64,000 bases of DNA from an uncultured bacterium (GTDB lineage Bacteria; Chloroflexota; UBA5177; JANWHV01). Positions 61,344-64,000 of the stretch are shown here, piece by piece; position 1 is the stretch's first letter, and every line of letters begins with the position of its first letter. Position numbers and translations under genes: made by a program. The notes beneath the pieces were generated by a model, which did not search any database, was not told the origin of the DNA, and worked only from the letters and a program-made list of their open reading frames with translations. The stretch spans positions 384,001 through 448,000 of the forward strand of contig CAWHAE010000010.1 of assembly GCA_963827235.1 (NCBI GenBank), written 5' to 3'.

Positions 61344-62228
61344 CTATCCCTGGCTCTCATCCTCACTCGAGTGAACGACCCCGGCGAGTGCCGCCGCCAT
61401 GTCGCGATCGCCGCCTACCGCGGCGGCACCACGCATCAACATGGCGAGACTCGATTGGCCCTGCTGGAGGTCCAGGCCGTAGTGCCCGCCCATGCGCACG
61501 GCGAGGTTCAGGTCCTTTGCCATGTTCTCCAGACTGAAGCGCGGCTCGAAGTCGCGCGCCGCCATCAAGCCGGCCTTGCCTATCCAGAGCCGCTCCGGCA
61601 AAGTCGAATCCTTGAGCACCCGCACGTAGAGCTGTGGATCGAGTCCGGCGGCCTCGATGAGGGCTATGCCTTCCGCGAGCGCCGCCACCACCCCACCGGT
61701 GACCAGATTGAAGCACAGTTTGAGCCTGGTGCCCTGGCCAAGCTCGCCGACGTAATATGTCCGCTGCCCGAGCGAATCGAGAACCGGCGCCATCTCGGCA
61801 ATTGCCGCCTTGTCGCCGCCGGCCAGAATCCAGAGTGCCCCTGCAGCCGCCTCCACGCGGCTGCCGAGCACCGGGCAGTCGATCACACGGCCGCCCTGGT
61901 CCCGCACCTCACCGTCAAGCCATGCGGTCGTCTCGGGGCCGACGGTGCTCATCTGGATCACCGTGGTGGCCGCAGAAACCGCCGCCAGAAAGCCGTCTGG
62001 GCCTTCGGCAACGCGATGCAAGGCTTCGTCGTTTGCCACCATGACGATCACGGCGGCCGCACCCTGCGCGGCGGCGCGGGGTGACGTCGCGACGGCCGCC
62101 CCTGCCTTCTCCGCGTCGACGGTCCTTGCCGGTGTCCGGTTGTAGACGGTCACGTCATGACCGCCGGCGACCAGACGGAGCGCCATTCCCTGGCCCATGA
62201 TGCCGAGACCCAGCAACGCGACTTTCAT
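61344..62228 (-). CDS. 3-hydroxyisobutyrate/tartronate semialdehyde reductase family (LtnD-like) dehydrogenase
   Basis: LGLGIMG, YNRT, QMST, DCPVLG, LKLCFN, KDLNLA. Confidence 0.92.
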   Translation of the reverse strand: MKVALLGLGIMGQGMALRLVAGGHDVTVYNRTPARTVDAEKAGAAVATSPRAAAQGAAAVIVMVANDEALHRVAEGPDGFLAAVSAATTVIQMSTVGPETTAWLDGEVRDQGGRVIDCPVLGSRVEAAAGALWILAGGDKAAIAEMAPVLDSLGQRTYYVGELGQGTRLKLCFNLVTGGVVAALAEGIALIEAAGLDPQLYVRVLKDSTLPERLWIGKAGLMAARDFEPRFSLENMAKDLNLAVRMGGHYGLDLQQGQSSLAMLMRGAAAVGGDRDMAAALAGVVHSSEDESQG

Positions 62229-63682
62229 GTTCCTTCCTTCCCATCAGCACTCTGCAGTGCGGATATCACCTCAGCCAGCGTGCTCGGGCTGCCCACGTTG
62301 CCCGGGAACACGACATACGGCATGCCGGGCAATCGGCTCTCGGCGCCGAGTCGCCACACCGGAACGCCGGTCGCGACCTGCCCAAGCACACGCGCCCGCC
62401 GCACGCCCAGTCCGTGCGTCGCCACGTCGCTCGCCGTAATGCCGCCCTTGGCGATTATCCAGGAGGGCCTGTTCCGCACGATCGCGACAATGGCGGCCAT
62501 CGACTGGGACACGGCTGCCGAGATAGCAAAGTGGTCCATGCCTGCACTCCTCGTGACGAGGGTCCGGCTCGTGTACAGCATCGACGAATGCCCACAAGCC
62601 AGCCTCTCGTCGATCCAGGTTGCAAGCTCGGCGACATACGTGTCGCGATCGTCTTCGAGCAGCCGTTCGACGGCCATCTCGCGGGCGTCGAGCTCTCCCC
62701 TTTCCAGCACGCGGGCAAGTTGCTCGGAGGATCGCTGCACGTACGATCCCACCAGTACTAACCCTGGCCCACCCGCGGATGCCGTGAAAAGCTCTCCGGC
62801 CTTGAGCAGCGGCCGGTCCTCCAGAGCCGCGCGAGCTTTGACGAACGACGCCGCCGTGCGACAGATAAAGTGCCGGCCGCCAGCCTCCGCGCGCAGCAGG
62901 GCGGCCACGAGCACGGTGAGGTCGCAGTAGCCGGCACAGTCTGCCACCACGGGACGCGCACCGGCCGCCCGCAGCAGAATGGCCGTCACCGCTTCCACGT
63001 TGCCCTCGCGAAGAAGTCCGAGCGGGACGAGCAGAACGTCGCGGGCTATGCACTGTCCGCCGGTCTTCTCCTCGATCCAGTCCGGCAGGTAGGAGTGCGA
63101 AAAGGCAAAGCTCGGATCCCGCGCAAAGTCGGTTTCGCTGACCGGCACGAGATCGTCGCCGATCGAAACGAAGTGCGTGCCGGCAAGCGTGAACCGGCCT
63201 CCCTCCGGAAAGGCCGGCACGATGAGCACGCCGTGAGGACCATCGCCACCTACGAGGTGATACAGGGGCTCGATCTCCCACGGGTAGTGGCCGCGCAAGG
63301 TGGAGTCCCCGCGGCTGATCACGTCGACCGGCACCCCAGTGCAGTGTGAAGCGGCCTCCAGATTGGCGGCCGCCTCCTGGGCCAGCCGCACCGCTGCCGC
63401 ACGATCAAGTGCGCGCGAATTGGTCAGAACGTAGAACAGCGGCTCAGGGCGCTGCAAGGCATTCGAGAGCGCCGGGATGTCCCACGTCGTCAGCACGTCG
63501 ACGTCGTGTACAGTCTGCACGCCAGTCGGATCGTCGTCGAGCACCACGACCTTCCGGCCTGAGGAGAGCGTCGCCGCCCGAATCTCGGCACGAAGGCCGC
63601 GGACGTCGAGCTCCTGGCCAACTCTACCCAGAATCTGAGCTCTACTCAGGCGCCCCGCGTGCTCACTCACTGCTCTGCTCAT
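62225..63682 (-). CDS. Four-carbon acid sugar kinase family (DUF1537)
   Basis: VLDDDPTG, LTNSR, SRGDSTLRGH, PAFPEGGR, AKGGITASD, FPGNVG. Confidence 0.93.
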   Translation of the reverse strand: MSRAVSEHAGRLSRAQILGRVGQELDVRGLRAEIRAATLSSGRKVVVLDDDPTGVQTVHDVDVLTTWDIPALSNALQRPEPLFYVLTNSRALDRAAAVRLAQEAAANLEAASHCTGVPVDVISRGDSTLRGHYPWEIEPLYHLVGGDGPHGVLIVPAFPEGGRFTLAGTHFVSIGDDLVPVSETDFARDPSFAFSHSYLPDWIEEKTGGQCIARDVLLVPLGLLREGNVEAVTAILLRAAGARPVVADCAGYCDLTVLVAALLRAEAGGRHFICRTAASFVKARAALEDRPLLKAGELFTASAGGPGLVLVGSYVQRSSEQLARVLERGELDAREMAVERLLEDDRDTYVAELATWIDERLACGHSSMLYTSRTLVTRSAGMDHFAISAAVSQSMAAIVAIVRNRPSWIIAKGGITASDVATHGLGVRRARVLGQVATGVPVWRLGAESRLPGMPYVVFPGNVGSPSTLAEVISALQSADGKEGT

Positions 63683-64000
63683 CCTTCACGCGGTCAAGCA
63701 GCGGGCGTTCCTGCCGCTTCCGGCGGAGCAGCTCCCTATCCCGCGCGCCGCGCACCGCGGCGATCCTCCCGGCAGGCCAGTGGTAGAAGCCCTGGCCTGA
63801 TCGCGCTCCGACATGCCCTCCGTTCACGTGCGCTCGGAGAAGCTCGAGCACGTCTTCGTCCTTGGCCAGCTCGGGCATCAGATGCTCGGCGATGCTCAGG
63901 AAGGTATCGAGGCCACCGAGGTCGGCCGTCTCAATCGGGCCGGTGAAACCGAGCCGGCGCCCGAGCGACGCACGCATGACCGCGTCGACTTCTTCGGCAC
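63663..64000 (-). CDS. 3-hydroxyacyl-CoA dehydrogenase / L-gulonate 3-dehydrogenase family, C-terminal part (5' end outside window)
   Basis: EEVDAVMRASLGRR...GPIETADLGGLD, GARSGQGFYHW. Confidence 0.85.
   Translation of the reverse strand, partial: AEEVDAVMRASLGRRLGFTGPIETADLGGLDTFLSIAEHLMPELAKDEDVLELLRAHVNGGHVGARSGQGFYHWPAGRIAAVRGARDRELLRRKRQERPLLDRVKDEQSSE

Noticed and set aside
1-64000. Mobile elements, prophage, defence systems, rRNA/tRNA, riboswitches
   Set aside because: No transposase, integrase, phage, Cas or recognisable structured-RNA signatures seen by eye; an Rfam scan was not possible.

Overview
GC-rich bacterial DNA (style suggests a soil Chloroflexota-like genome; inference only). 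Almost the whole window is a catabolic island for carbohydrates, sugar acids and polyols, with about 51 genes: three sugar ABC importers, LacI and GntR regulators, Gfo/Idh/MocA, SDR, Zn- and 2-hydroxyacid dehydrogenases, three AP-endonuclease-2/xylose-isomerase-like TIM barrels, three UroD/MtaA-like proteins, two DHDPS-family lyases, an enolase-superfamily dehydratase, UxaE, an atypical transaldolase, DhaKL, an FGGY kinase, a DUF1537 kinase and an E1a/E1b/E2 dehydrogenase lacking E3. No RNA genes, CRISPR arrays or mobile elements were seen. Main observations: (1) a repeated operator made of tandem GTNNAC hexamers overlaps the -10 or -35 box of seven promoter regions from 28.5 to 51 kb, suggesting one GntR regulon for an unassigned pathway; (2) mirror-image LacI promoters couple an ABC importer to a DegT aminotransferase and dehydrogenase next to a PTER-like hydrolase, a candidate amino-sugar/aminocyclitol catabolic module; (3) several enzymes have non-canonical active sites, including an HtrA-like protein lacking its whole catalytic triad; (4) frameshifts cluster at 45-54 kb and may be sequencing errors; (5) two blocks have very high GC. 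All calls come from motif recognition by eye; no database search was run.
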